DNA of 60,623 nucleotides, from positions 55,579,764 through 55,640,386 of the forward strand of contig NC_068995.1 in NCBI RefSeq assembly GCF_001194135.2, read 5' to 3'. The notes beneath the pieces were generated by a model. It was not told the DNA's origin and did no database searches. It saw only the letters and a list, made by a program, of their open reading frames with translations. This stretch comes from Octopus bimaculoides. Lineage: Eukaryota. Each line of letters starts with the position of its first letter. The first letter of the stretch is position 1. Made by a program: the position numbers and the translations under genes. Positions 47,171 to 60,623 of this stretch are shown here, piece by piece.

Positions 47171-49836
47171 ACCAACGCTCACCGAGCAGACCTATGGGCA
47201 TTGCAACTTTGACCAGGCAACTGTCTGCACGTCTGAGAGCAAAGGAGGTTTTATTGGGATAAAATACAGACAAATTAAAACAAAGGACTAGCGTGGCGTC
47301 AGAGATTGTTGATGCTCTCGTTGTCAGTGACTTCGAAGTTTTTCTGCATGCTGGACTCGGCCATCTGATGAGGTCGACGACTAAGTAAAAATTTGAAATT
47401 GCTGTCAATAAAATTGTTAACACTGTCTGCTTCTACATGATAATATCTGAAGTGAATCTCTTTTTAAAATTTACTGGGTTTTTTTTAATTTACTGTTTCA
47501 TGCTGATAAAGCATCCCCTATCTCTCTCTCTCCCTCCCTCTCTCTCTCTCTCATTTTCTCTCTACCACCCTCTTTCTCTGTACACACACACACACATATG
47601 ATCATCATTATCGTCATTTACATGTCCGTCTAGTATGTATTGTACAACATATATAAAGACAACTTTCTCCCTCTGCTCTACCCCCACACGTATAATATAT
47701 CGATTGTTGCTTATTTTATCGATCCCATGCAGATGAAAGACAAAAGGACAGGTCGACCCGCGTTTCATTTGAAGCAAGTACATACATCAGGAGATATAAC
47801 TTTTGTCTGAAACTCCACCGATTCGGCTTAACTTCTAAGCTTGTTTTCATTATTATTATTATTTTTAGAAGAGGACACACCAAACGAAGTGATATCGAAT
47901 GTCAGTCAGACGACTCGGTTTCTCTGCTGAGACTAAATTTTCTCTTCAGGAATAAATCAATGAAATACACTCAAAAAATAGCTGCAAAAGAGATTAAACC
48001 ATAGCAAAATTATTTCATGCATCGCAAAATAATGAGGATAAAATACAACGCGTGTACACGACAAGCGTTGTAATATATATGAACATCACTTTGAACAAGA
48101 AATTGATTGAAAACACAATCTCAAGTATTGTTTGCCAGCACACCCCCATCTCTCAGTCCCTCCCACCTCTCTCTTTCTCTCTCTTGCCAAGGAGGGCGTG
48201 TCAAAGACAAAGAAATTTCCACGACCGTCAGCTTGTGCACGCCGAAGTTCAGCTTGTCCGGGGTGCCAGTAACCCTAGGGCCAGCCCTGCCCACACTCTA
48301 GCTACGCCAGTCTTCAACGCAACATTCCTGCTACAGTTTCTCCTCTTACCACCCTTATGTCTTTCTGTTTATCTACATCTCCTCCACTACTCTCATTTCA
48401 CCTCAAATTCCTACTTTCACTTTCATTTACTACATTTTCCTTTTATTATTTTCTTTTTCATCTTTCCCATCTTTTCTGATTCCTTCTACAACAAAACCAC
48501 GATTCTTTACCTGTAATTCTTTCCCTTTCTAAAAAGAACTCCTTCATATCCCCCCCCCCCACTTCTTCCTTTTCTTCTCTCACTCTTTCCTTCGACTTCC
48601 ATTTTTCTTTCATTCTAACTCTTCACTCTCTTCTTCTTTCGTATTTTTTTCTTCTCGCCATTTCTCCCATCTTTCTCTTTATTTCTTTTCTCTCTTCTTT
48701 CTTCCTCTTCTTCTCATTCACCTTTTTCCTCCCACTTCTCCTCTTCTCAATTCCCTCCCTTCATACACCCTTCTACCCATATTAAGTCACTAAGGTTACA
48801 TCTGTTTACCATGTTTCCAACTCAGACAACAATACTTTAAACAATGTCTTCACTCACAAATAACCTATCACGATATTCTACTGCGCAGTAAAAGTCACTG
48901 TAATTCATGCAGCGATATCAACAAATGTGCACATGCAGTACTAGTAATTCCCATGGATGCATTGTTGCATGACATTTAAATATCTGATTGCTTTGCGTTC
49001 CATACAATACTTGGTGATGTTATATAGAGAAATATAACATACAACCGTGTGTGTGTGTATATATATATATAATATATATATATATATATACATATATTAA
49101 TAATAATAATAATATGAGAACAATACAATGAATGAGACCTCGATATTATGTAAAATAAAGGAATTTATCTTTTAATTTATATATATATACACACACACAG
49201 TCGTATGTTATAATATTTCTCTATATAACATTATCAAGAATTATATATATATATATATATGCATAAGTAAGGCTTTTCGTAGATATAAATGTATTTCCCG
49301 CTATTTTTTAGCCAGTGCTGGGTAAAGTCATCTATGTATAACGTTTGACCGTTGTTATAAACATTGCCAAATATTCCGAAGAGAGAGAGACAGATACATG
49401 ATGAGTGAGAGGGAGAGAGAGAGAGAGAGAAAGAGAAAGAGAGATTGACAAAGACAGACAGACCATAGGATAGACAGGCAGACAGAAATATGGTGCGGAA
49501 GGGAGAAGTGTGAGAGAGACGCATTTCAAAAATATATATTTAAGAATATAAAAAGGTACGCTCAGGTGAGAGAAAGTTATTCCCATGGAGATAAAGCGAG
49601 AGCTGCGACAGGAAACATGTTCTAAGGATGAGAAATACTCAGGTGGGAAAGAACACTAAGAATGACCTAAATGCATACATACATATATAAGCACGCGCAC
49701 ACGCACGCACCCATTCATGCGTGAAGATCCTGTGCACTGACGATCGAAGTCAACAAGAGACTGACTCAAGCTAAATAGAATACATTATGTGATCTTTACT
49801 GTTGAGTACTCCTTTTCCGACAGTCAACATTAAACA

Positions 49837-49893
<57 letters not shown>

Positions 49894-50464
49894 ACGAAAT
49901 GCAGCTCCATGTGATTTTTATTAGGAAGATATATATATTTATATATACTCCTGTTGTGCAAGCGTTTATCATTATAATTCAATGATGTGCTGAAGTCTTT
50001 CGTGGTGACCACAACTAGTGAAAGTCCTAAGGCGATGGAAGAGTGGTCACATGTGTAGATTGAACCAGCTGGAAGCGTAGAGCTGTGGAGACCTGCATCG
50101 GAACCGAAGAGTCATCTGAAAGGGCATAAACTGAAAGTCAGTAACGCCATTGACAACGAAGAAGCAAAAAGTAATTGCTTGTGAAGATAGAGCAATCGCC
50201 ATGTTTTCACGCACGCATGAATACATGTACGAATGTACATTTGTAAATACAAAGACGCGGTAATCACGACTAGACATCTTTGATCATAGTCACCTCGATC
50301 CAGCCTAGCATGGGTCTACACAACAACAACAACAACAAACCTATATAATTTCGATACAAAACTGAAATATCGTGTTTCTGTTCGGTTATTTTAAGCTGCC
50401 AAAATTGTAATTATGATATTATAATCTTCTGTCAACTTGTCTCAGTTTTGGTCTCTTACTCATT

Positions 50465-50510
50465 CTCTCTCTCCCCTCCTTCTCAATCACTCCCTCTCCC
50501 TCTCTCCCCC

Positions 50511-50572
<62 letters not shown>

Positions 50573-50840
50573 CCTTTCTTTCTCTTCACTTTCTCGCACC
50601 CCTTTTTCTCTCTATCCTCTTACTCTCCACCTACACACACTCATTCTAACTTAGTTTCACATAATCTCGCTCTCTCTTTCATCCCTTTTCTGCTTCTTTC
50701 CCTCTCTTTCTCTCTTTCTCTCTTGATATGTCTCTCGCATTCTTTCACTCTTTTTTTGCTTCTTTCTCTCTTCCTTCCCTTTCTCTCTCTCTCTCTCTCT
50801 CTCTCATTCTCACTCACTCACTCTCTCTCTCTCTCTCTCG
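50465..50840 (+). repeat. (CT)n polypyrimidine field
   Basis: Directly visible. Others at 12676-12780, 33034-33107 and 48500-48780. Confidence 0.95.
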
Positions 50841-52555
50841 TAATATATGCTCAGTCATCCAGAAAGACCGTGACATATGCAAATAAAATAAACTACCAGA
50901 CTGTTTACAAACACTGTAATAAATTCGTTATCTCCGCTGACTTATCGAGACAAACAAATAATGACCACATGCATAACAACGACCAAAAGACGCAAGAATA
51001 AGACCTCGTCGTATCAGGTTACCACGTTTCGACAGCAAAATTTAATCTGCCTTGTGATAACAAAACACAGAACGATTAATATCTTTGAAACAACCAAATT
51101 CTGGTTGAGTCTCTATGCAATATATACTGACACTTGCAATGCAGAAATTAGGAAGGTTTCTTCAAGGACAGACAGGAGCGTCTCACACACACACACACAC
51201 ATGATCATCTGTGTACTTGGTTATAAGTATTTATTTGTGTATATGTGTTCCTGTGTGTGTATATACTTACATTTATTGTGCGTAAATGCGTTTAAACGCA
51301 TTATTGTTACTCAAAGAAGAAACTAAACGAAAACTGAGAAAATAAGAATCGGCGGAAGAGAGAGTAAGCAAGCGAGAGCAGTGAGGAAGAAAGAGTGAGA
51401 GAGAGCGAGTGGGTGGGTGGAGGAGATAGAAGAGCAGGTGATATGCACAGCCATACAAAAGTTTCGTAGTTAAACTTACAAATACATACAAAGAGAGTAC
51501 CTGGATAGTCGACGTACGATTTTGTCCCTTGGACCATTCGTTGACGCTAATGGACATGTTCCGACTTTACATGATCTCTTCAGCTTATTCTACTAACCAA
51601 CATACTTCGCTGAAAATGTTCAATAATAATGGAACGTGTGTTGCTTTAACCCGTTACATTAAAAAAAAACATGATTCACTTCAATCTTGGCCCCTGATTT
51701 TAATGAAATTTCAGAATTTAAATTCCACTTGAGAGAGTTGTTTTGTCTTTTTTTACTTTTTAGGTTTTTATTTTAACTTTCGTTTCGATTTTACCGGTGA
51801 GATCGGTGCGTACAGTACCCTCATCCAGATCAAAGTCTAATTGCAAGGACAATATGTTAATCGACATCTTTCAACATACTATATCTGGTATACGGGACCC
51901 TACCGTATGTGTATTACGTATGCAGAACACCAGAAGATTGCCCTGAGTCTTACATACAGACAGACAGTCAAACAGAGAGTTAGGCAGACAGACTGGTAGA
52001 CGTACATACAAAGTGAAACGTAGAGAAAGAGACAAACAGACAGACATAAAAACACTACCATGCATACAGATAAATTAACAAACCAGACATACAGACAGAC
52101 AAAAAGACGTAGAGAGAGACGGGGGGAGAGATTATGACAGACAATGACAGAGGTGGAAGAGCTAGAAAGACAGACAGACGTCAGAAAGACAGACAGACGA
52201 CAGATAGAAAGACTGAGAAGAGAGACGGTTAAATACAAAGAGAGAAACGCAAAACGTGTAAGTGCGTCGTCTTTATCAAGACGGTTATTGTGTTCAATTA
52301 ATTAACTCTTGTCATTTCTATTAGCAATAAGTATCTGTTTGACTGAGTGCACTGGAGCATGCAAAGAGAATGTTGGTGCAGCCAGAAATTTACCTCGTCT
52401 TCTTTTATTCCTTTCTACTGTAATTCTTTTGGCAACCATTAGCTTTCCCGCTCGCCAATCAACACGGCTCGACCTTGGTCGGTACGTTTCTCATCAAGAA
52501 TATCGTAGAAATATTTATGTAATTATTTTCAAATGCCTACCACTTTGCCTCTGTG

Positions 52556-52591
<36 letters not shown>

Positions 52592-53234
52592 TACATGAAC
52601 GGATGGGTGGGTACTTATAAATGTATGCGTCGTCTTTGCATGAGCGTACGCCTACATACATGCGAAAATGAGTCGTTAATTATCTTACAATGTAATTTAT
52701 TATATTCGTTACCGGCGACGATTTTTCCAAAAGAGTTGTCAACTTCGTTACCTTAGCGATATAAAGTCATTGCCAGATTTCTAAGCAATTTTGTTTGCAC
52801 AATTCTGAGAGTAATTTTGAGAAGACAGACTTCCAAATTTCAAAGCCGTTTCTAAATCTGCAAAAAAGTATTTCTTTTTTAGGCGTCGTTCTTTAAAATA
52901 ATTATACTATTATTCATATCGTTTATTTGGTGTTATATAGTTCAATATGGTCACATTAACAATATCTTGCTTATTACACATTTTATGTGGATACACAGGT
53001 CACATGCTGATTATAACAAGGTCTGATTAGCTGTCCATGGCCTCATAGCAAAATTCTGAGTGTATTTGGTGGACAAACACTTTCATCTATGAAAAATATT
53101 TTGTTCTGCAACCGTTACACTGTGGAATATATAGAGAGAACACGCTGTATTGTGTATTCTTATTGTTTAGCGTTGTTTTTCCCCAAATAGAAACTTGGAT
53201 GTATATGTGTGAGCAAGGCAGAGAAACAGCGATA

Positions 53235-53360
53235 GAAGGCGCGTGCCCGATTAGTTAGACATATGGACTCCCGTGGGTTCCATTCACGATTTAGGAAGTG
53301 CCTTGTGTATTTGGACAAGGCAATTTGCTTCATAACGCTCCACTCCACACAGGAGACAAA
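53235..53360 (+). mobile_element. Old SINE family C-like fragment
   Basis: ttgtgtatttggacaaggcaatttgcttcataacgctccactccac resembles the CORE-like body of family C. Confidence 0.4.
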
Positions 53361-53577
53361 AGTGAGTGATGCAACTGACAGAGCGCTCAGTCAGCGTCGA
53401 ATAAACACCGTGGTAGAACGCTATGCTCCGTCGGTGCATGTGGTTAATGCATGCATGCATATGCGTGCTGTGCGTTTCTGTGTAACCTTGTCTTGACATC
53501 ACGTGAGGAATTATCGTTATACAAGTGGATTGTTAATTTCCAGTCTTCTGTGTAAAAACAAAATGACTGAATATGTG

Positions 53578-53710
53578 AAAATATTTACCTTGCTTGGAAA
53601 CAAGCAGGGGTGGTGACAGGACGAGCATCCGTCCGCAGAAAATTTGATTCACCAAATTCTGTCTTCCTCATGCAAGCATGAAACAGTGGAAGTTAAATGA
53701 TGAGGATGAT
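53578..53710 (+). mobile_element. Retroposon 3' end with a (GAT)-like tail
   Basis: ggtgacaggacgagcatccgtccgcagaaaa..catgcaagcatgaaacagtggaagttaaatgatgaggatgat; recalled as a common octopus repeat end. No second copy in this window. Confidence 0.45.
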
Positions 53711-53736
53711 ATATAGGAACATATATATATAGCATA

Positions 53737-54118
53737 GGCACAGGCGTAACTGTGTGGTAAGAAGTTGCTTCCCAACAACATGGTTCCGGGTTCAGTCCCT
53801 CTGCGTGGCAACTTGGACAAGTATCTTCTGCTATAGCCTCGGGCTGACGAAAACCTTGTGAGTGGATATGGTAGACGGAAACTGAAGGAAGCCCGTCGTA
53901 TATATTTGTATGTATTTATATGTTTGTGCGTCTGTGTTTGTCTCCCTACCATCGCTTGACAACCGACGTTGGTGTGTTTATGTGTCCATAACTTAGTGGT
54001 TCGGCAAAAAGTACTCGGCTTACAAAGAATAAGTCCTGGGGTCAATTTCTTCGACTAAAGGCTGTGCTCCAGCATGGCCGCAGTCAAATGACTGAAACAA
54101 GTAAAAAGATAAAAGAGT
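53737..54118 (+). mobile_element. SINE family B, near full length (best reference copy)
   Basis: tRNA-like head, CORE-like cttggacaagt, internal TA/TG microsatellite, and tail ctaaaggctgtgctccagcatggccgcagtcaaatgactgaaacaagtaaaaagataaaagagt. Confidence 0.9.
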
Positions 54119-54120
54119 GT

Positions 54121-54158
<38 letters not shown>

Positions 54159-55719
54159 AATAACTAACCTGGATTCTTAGATAGAAATCATCATCTCATT
54201 CCTCTGATAAGGCTTACAATCACATGAAAAATTAAAGAACTATNNNNNNNNNNNNNNNNNNNNNNNNNNNNNNNNNNNNNNNNNNNNNNNNNNNNNNNNN
54301 NNNNNNNNNNNNNNNNNNNNNNNNNNNNNNNNNNNNNNNNNNNNNNNNNNNNNNNNNNNNNNNNNNNNNNNNNNNNNNNNNNNNNNNNNNNNNNNNNNNN
54401 NNNNNNNNNNNNNNNNNNNNNNNNNNNNNNNNNNNNNNNNNNNNNNNNNNNNNNNNNNNNNNNNNNNNNNNNNNNNNNNNNNNNNNNNNNNNNNNNNNNN
54501 NNNNNNNNNNNNNNNNNNNNNNNNNNNNNNNNNNNNNNNNNNNNNNNNNNNNNNNNNNNNNNNNNNNNNNNNNNNNNNNNNNNNNNNNNNNNNNNNNNNN
54601 NNNNNNNNNNNNNNNNNNNNNNNNNNNNNNNNNNNNNNNNNNNNNNNNNNNNNNNNNNNNNNNNNNNNNNNNNNNNNNNNNNNNNNNNNNNNNNNNNNNN
54701 NNNNNNNNNNNNNNNNNNNNNNNNNNNNNNNNNNNNNNNNNNNNNNNNNNNNNNNNNNNNNNNNNNNNNNNNNNNNNNNNNNNNNNNNNNNNNNNNNNNN
54801 NNNNNNNNNNNNNNNNNNNNNNNNNNNNNNNNNNNNNNNNNNNNNNNNNNNNNNNNNNNNNNNNNNNNNNNNNNNNNNNNNNNNNNNNNNNNNNNNNNNN
54901 NNNNTATATATATGCATGATGTTTACAATAATGGTTTGATTCAATGCCCAATATCTGGCCACTTTCCAGAACACTAAATAGTTCGTGCGAACAACCCCTA
55001 GCAAAATATATTTCGTCTACTTCAAATGAACTATAGATTGTCATTAATTCGTGTCGGTAATATATATTATCTGGCTAGGTAGGGCTGAGATATTGTTCTC
55101 TATGTTGCACTACAGTCCATTAACTGAATTTCCCCAATCACGAGAAAAGAAATAATGCTAAACGGATTTTTTGGCATGGTCGAGTATTTCAGCAAACATT
55201 ACGTTTACCTCGCATCTTTCACATAAATGGATAGGTTGATGTGTTAAACAATCATAAATGAAAGTGGGTTGCTCTCACACTCACACACAAGCGCTGTTTG
55301 TGATTTTCTGATTGTGCCTATATGTGTATAAAGCGACTCTTGTCTCGTACGTCCCAATGTAACATCTCATGTTACCGTCTTTCACAACAGCTTCGACTCG
55401 GCTCGAGTCTTGTAATTGGATCTGTGTGGGCAGCAAGTGTGGAAATTCAGTGCATGAACTGTACTTGTAATTGCAAAGGGCCAGTCCAGTCATGTACATT
55501 GTGTCACGGTGATTTTGACCGAGAATTACGTTAATGTTAGCTGTGGCCGGGGAATACAATACTCACCCGTTTCCTCTATAATTCAATCAGTAAGCAGTTC
55601 AGTTGATTGAGCAACTGAAAAACGTATTGTTGAAACCAACGAAGATTCATTTCCAAGTACATATTTGTACGTGTGCGTGTACACACATACACACACACAC
55701 ATATATATTTATATTCAGG

Positions 55720-55758
<39 letters not shown>

Positions 55759-55768
55759 NNNNNNNNNN

Positions 55769-55809
<41 letters not shown>

Positions 55810-58487
55810 CTTACGTCCATACTTAGATCTTTAATTATCCTCATTGTGTAAATTATAGAAATAACGTTATCCTTGTCAGACGATTTTATTAATAAATAGC
55901 TAATAGCTAGTCGCATTCCAAGCGTAAGAATGTCTTCGTTCCACCTCTTCCTTCTTCCTTTCCTTCGGCTATTTCTTCCTTGCTCTCTTTCAATACTTTC
56001 CTTCTTCACGCTCTCACTTGTCTTCTTTCTTTTATTTGAATTTGTTTCTCTGCATTTCATTCTCTTGGCTTTGTCTTTCTTTTTTCTCTTCCTGCAAAAC
56101 TTTCCGCCAACGACAAAAACCACTTGATTGAGTACAAGTCGTACAGAATGGATCAATGATTAATAATACAGACTATGATGGCATTTTATTGCTGGGTTAA
56201 CTTCAATGACCTGCAAGGTATGTCTGTTACTATATTTTCTTTCCACCAACCTTCCGTAGAGCGACTGGGTAACTATGATTGGCGTGCAACCGACGTTAGT
56301 AATTAGAAGCTAATATACAGTTATAAAGCCTATATTAAATACTTTATACAAACTGTCTCGCGTCGCCAACCAACTCTCCTGCCACCTACAATTCTCCAGT
56401 TGAATAATCAAATCAATACTGTTGTTCCATGATTTCCCAAATTTAACATTGCATCTAGCATAGAGTGACAAGCGCCGTGGATAGGAATGCACAGAGTTCT
56501 CGATAGCAAGTCGAATTATTAGTCTGTGTTTCAATTCCACGTAGGAGCGTTTTAAGCCGACTTAACTCATTAATACTCCTCTTAAATGAATGATTGCAAT
56601 AACTCTAACCCACAGTCAACTTCTCTAAAAAGTGAGAAATCAATACAGATAATCAATCATTGAGTGACGCTTTTTATTATGAAGAATCTATCTTTTTTTA
56701 AAAATTACTTTTACAGTTAGACATGTAGATCCACCACAAGGTTCAGTCCTGGCTGTAATGTACTGGATTACGCGCTTCAGTGACACTTTGAGCTATGCTA
56801 GCGAAGTGCAAACTCCTGGTAGCCTATGTGGAAGAGTTCAAAGGAGAGATGCCAGACTAATATGGCTCACCTCAGACCGATTAGGGCTGACCAAGGACAA
56901 GACAATAACAAACCCTCTTTACCTTTCATTGTATCATGACATCGAGAATAAGTCCGAATGCCTGACAAGCTTCTGGAGACAAAACATTACTTTCGACATT
57001 GTCATTTAAACTAACAATTCGTCTACTAATGTTGATAAGAATTCACCCACGTGTAATACGCTACTTTCTACGCACTTGATTTATTTAAAATGCTGCTGGG
57101 AAATGTCAGATTGTTGTTTGACTCCAACCATTTTTAAAGTTTCTTTACTACATAAATGTTACTAATGAATATTTATACACACACAGTTTAGCTTATCATT
57201 AAATGCACTTCACAAAGATAATTTTCTTTACAACAAAATCTTTTTTAAATAATTTCAAATTACTTTTTATTATATTTTTAAATAAATACAAATAACCCCA
57301 TTCCAGTATTTTGTTGTTTTGTTTTATGTTCTGCTTTCCTTCCCGCTCTTCTTTTTTTATTTTTCTTTCTTAGCAAGATGTCACCTTTTGCTTATAATAT
57401 ATGTACGTTTTCATTGCTTTAACCGGTTGTGAAATATTATCCCCCCCCCCCGTAGTGTGCCTGCCTATTGCATGTTTTGTTACTTTTCACGCGTGTTTCA
57501 GCTTAGCTCTACAGGTCAATGTAGAAGTACTGGGACGTTATACTCCTATTGGCTACCCTGACATATGAGAGTAAACTTTACATCGCCATGAGGAGTGAAT
57601 ACTCATTGGGCAGCAATATGGCAGGTAGACCAGACTCTTGTCTACCAGAAAATAATTCTCACCATCATTCTCTTCCTCTTTTTCTCTCACTCTTTCAATT
57701 TTTATCCTTCACACACGCGTGCGACCTTCTTTAATTTCATTCCTTCAAAGTCATGGTGGGGGTAACCTGTGTGTGGTATTAGTTACTCAGGAAAGTGTGA
57801 TAGTTTGATAGCTGGTAAGTGGAAGATGTAGCAAAGCTTCGGTTACATACATAGATATATTTACATAAGCTCCATTATCATGAGGATTAAATATACATTT
57901 CTAATTTAATGTTTCTCCAATATGCACCACGTCTATTCTTGAATTGGTTGGTTCTCTTCGAATCAATAACTTCTCTCAATAAACGAATCATTTGGTCCTG
58001 ATCTAGAAGGTTTGCTGTCTTGTTAACTTGTTGCACAGTTGCTTAAAATAAACTATTCTAACGATTTCATGTTAATGACATAAGTTTGCAAGACGTCATG
58101 TTCGTTGAGCTTCACTCTTCCTTTTATTATCTTAGACACACATTTATGGAGAAGACATATCGTATATGTCTCCTTCATAAACAAACCAATAACGTGAGCT
58201 TCTAAAGTCACTTCAGTACAACAGCCATATTTTCCATCACGTTAATCCATGCTGCGTTGGCTGGAGCCACTTATTTCAAATAACAAATCCCTGTGTCAAT
58301 ATACCAAACAAATACAAGAGGAGTAAAACCAAACTAATCAACTAAACCAAACGATAACTTATAACTAATTCCAACACGTCAGATTTGGAACTAGTTGTCA
58401 TTCAAAGTTTAGACAATATTATACTGTAGATTTAAATTATACTGTAGATTTAAAGAGCCGTACTCTTAATGTAAAATGCCGATTAAG

Positions 58488-58953
58488 AATAAATAATCCA
58501 GGCGATATTACTTTGCCAAATGCTGCCGATCTTTTCAGGAGACATCTAGAGAAAATACAATTGCGCACCTGACTTTGAAATATTACATGAAGACCAAGGT
58601 ACTTTCGTTGCACTCCTCTGAGTCAAAAGATTTCTAATCACCAAACTCTGCATTACTGAAGAGTGAAATCGGAATTTGTCATTAGCCAAATTGATATATA
58701 AAAAAGAAAGAAAAGCAAACAGCTTCAGCAACAGACTGAAAGAAAAATCTTTGTAGGTGGAAATATTGGAGGTAGAATTTATGCTTTGAAATTGCACTCG
58801 AAGCAACGAAGTGAGGAAATCTGTCTTTAATTGAAGCAGTCATTTGATAGGTATTCAGACTGTAAGCCACTTATAGACTTAATGATGGCTTCACACCAAT
58901 AGTCTTCAACCACCTTCCTACATATGACGGCTTTGGAAATACCAGCAACGTTG
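58488..58953 (-). mobile_element. Decayed PIF/Harbinger-type transposase relic
   Basis: Frameshifted segments occur in the expected order: GISKAVICRKVVEDYWCEAI (cf. GISKSTVSRIV.EVC.AI), FPHFVASSAISKH (cf. FPHCIGAIDGKH), NSTSNISTYKDFSFSLLL (cf. NSGS.Y.NYK.FFSIVLL), NCIFSR..AAFGKVIS (cf. NYRLSRARR..ENAFG.L.S). Confidence 0.65.
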
Positions 58954-59429
58954 TTCTACCTGTATAGTTTTCTTTGTTGTTTTTGTGTTACATTTTTTCA
59001 GTCACTAAAGGTTTCTAGGTAAATGTCTTGACGAACTCTTCATTGTCTCTACTATCAGCGCATCTGTCTGTCTGTCTGTCTGTCTGTCTTTCCTATTGCA
59101 TGAGTTATATGCTTGTCTATGTGTGTTTAAATGTGTGTGTGTTTGTGAGAGGAATTTTGTGTGTGCAGCTCTGTGGTCTAGGGAAGGTATGTGTGCACTA
59201 TGAAGAGAAACATAATATGTTACATAGAGGTGTGTGTTCAGGTGTTGTAATCAATATGCTGCGTGGGGTGGGGGTAAACATGTGATTTTAAAATACTTCA
59301 TTTCTACTCTGTTCAATACAGCCGTTCTTTCAATACGTTGGCTTCAATACATGAATACTAGAAAAATGAATCATATACAGCGAACTTTAAATCAGATAAT
59401 AAAACGCACTCGGCAGCTTCAGCCTAAAA

Positions 59430-59880
59430 TGTAAAACTGATTCTCAGATCAAATACACCATGAGTTTATGTTTGCTCTCGTGCACTTTACACGCGTCCAT
59501 TCAAGACTGGATAGACACAACTGGAATGCCTTTAATCATGTTTCGTTGACCTGAAGGAATTAGAAGAAGCGGTAGAGCATCAGATGGTATACCTTACATT
59601 GAATTCTGTGACTCTTTGCATTCTGACAATAACAGCCGTGACGACATCGGTGTCACGCTCTATCGGATGTTGCCTTTCCGTTATAAGGGTGAATGGAAAG
59701 CTAATAAATGGGGAACTGCTAGCATCTTTTAAGAAATACTGACCCAAGCTTGGATATTGTGAAAGGGGTTTCCAGTTATAAAATTCAGATTGCCACTAAC
59801 AAACGGTAAAGGTTATTGATAACTCGTCTCTTTTCATAAAAAGAGACGATGTATCCTGTCCTCGTAAGCTTGTCCAATTA
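59430..59880 (+). mobile_element. Possible decayed non-LTR reverse transcriptase fragment
   Basis: Short motifs in the expected order: CFVDLKE (about 59538), IRVNGKL (about 59683) and KRRCILSS (about 59840; cf. RQGCILSP). Highly degraded. Confidence 0.35.
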
Positions 59881-60589
59881 AGGATGAATTTGATCTGCAG
59901 ATAATTATCAATGATAACAATAACGCTAAAAGAATTCATTTATTCCGGCGCTCCGTTGGGTCACTCACAAACATTAATAAATATATTTTTGATCGATTGG
60001 CAGTTGACCAGCTGATCTCATCTCTCTAACTTCTTTCTTAATCTCCCTTAACTATATAAATCATTTCAATTGGGTTTAAGGCCAGTTTTCAGTTATTTTC
60101 GGTTTGTATATCCTGGCAGATCTTCTGTGCGTGGGAAGAATTAATTTTCATGCTAACACCTCTTTATTTATCATTTCTATTTAATTATAAGTAGGTCTTT
60201 CCCCAATGTTATTGTTTGCTTCTTTTCTTTATTCATCGCATCTAAATTGTTTCTCTCTTTCTGTCCCCCGCCCTCTCACTCTCAATACACACACATATAT
60301 ATATATATATTTACACGCGCGCTCGCACACACACACACACACATTTATAATATATATATATACTTCTACCTGTACATCCTCTGGTTCACAAATCTCAATA
60401 TTTTTTTCTCTCACTCAATTGGCGTACTTGCAAAGAAGAATATAACAAATTTTAACCTTTATACGCTATATATCTAGTTTTCATACTTTGTGATAAGCAT
60501 ACATACATATATACGTGCATGTATGTACACACACACACACACATACACCACACATACACACAAACACACACATACATACACACACACGC

Positions 60590-60623
<34 letters not shown>

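Noticed and set aside
55567-55614. 48-nt minus-strand exon candidate (tttttcag ... CGG|GTGAGT)
   Set aside because: Stops in all three frames, and such splice-like hexamers are expected many times by chance in 60 kb.

Overview
AT-rich, microsatellite-dense animal draft scaffold with about 15 N-gaps. The tRNA-derived SINE families look like those I recall from octopus genomes, so a coleoid cephalopod is inferred but not proven. There is only one credible protein-coding gene: an apparently single-exon minus-strand ORF (6877-8853). It has a ~370-aa Gln-rich N-terminus followed by a degenerate RING, two eroded B-boxes and a coiled coil, i.e. an atypical TRIM/RBCC-like protein. Three oddities stand out: the first RING Zn-ligand pair is missing, two lost Cys positions are TAC codons that A-to-I editing would convert to TGC, and a 38-codon acidic frame continues past the TAA. 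The rest is about 20 SINE copies or fragments from three families, RTE LINE and PIF/Harbinger relics, a decayed tRNA pair, and simple repeats. There are no rRNA, CRISPR or prokaryotic features. All assignments are by eye, and repeat boundaries are approximate.
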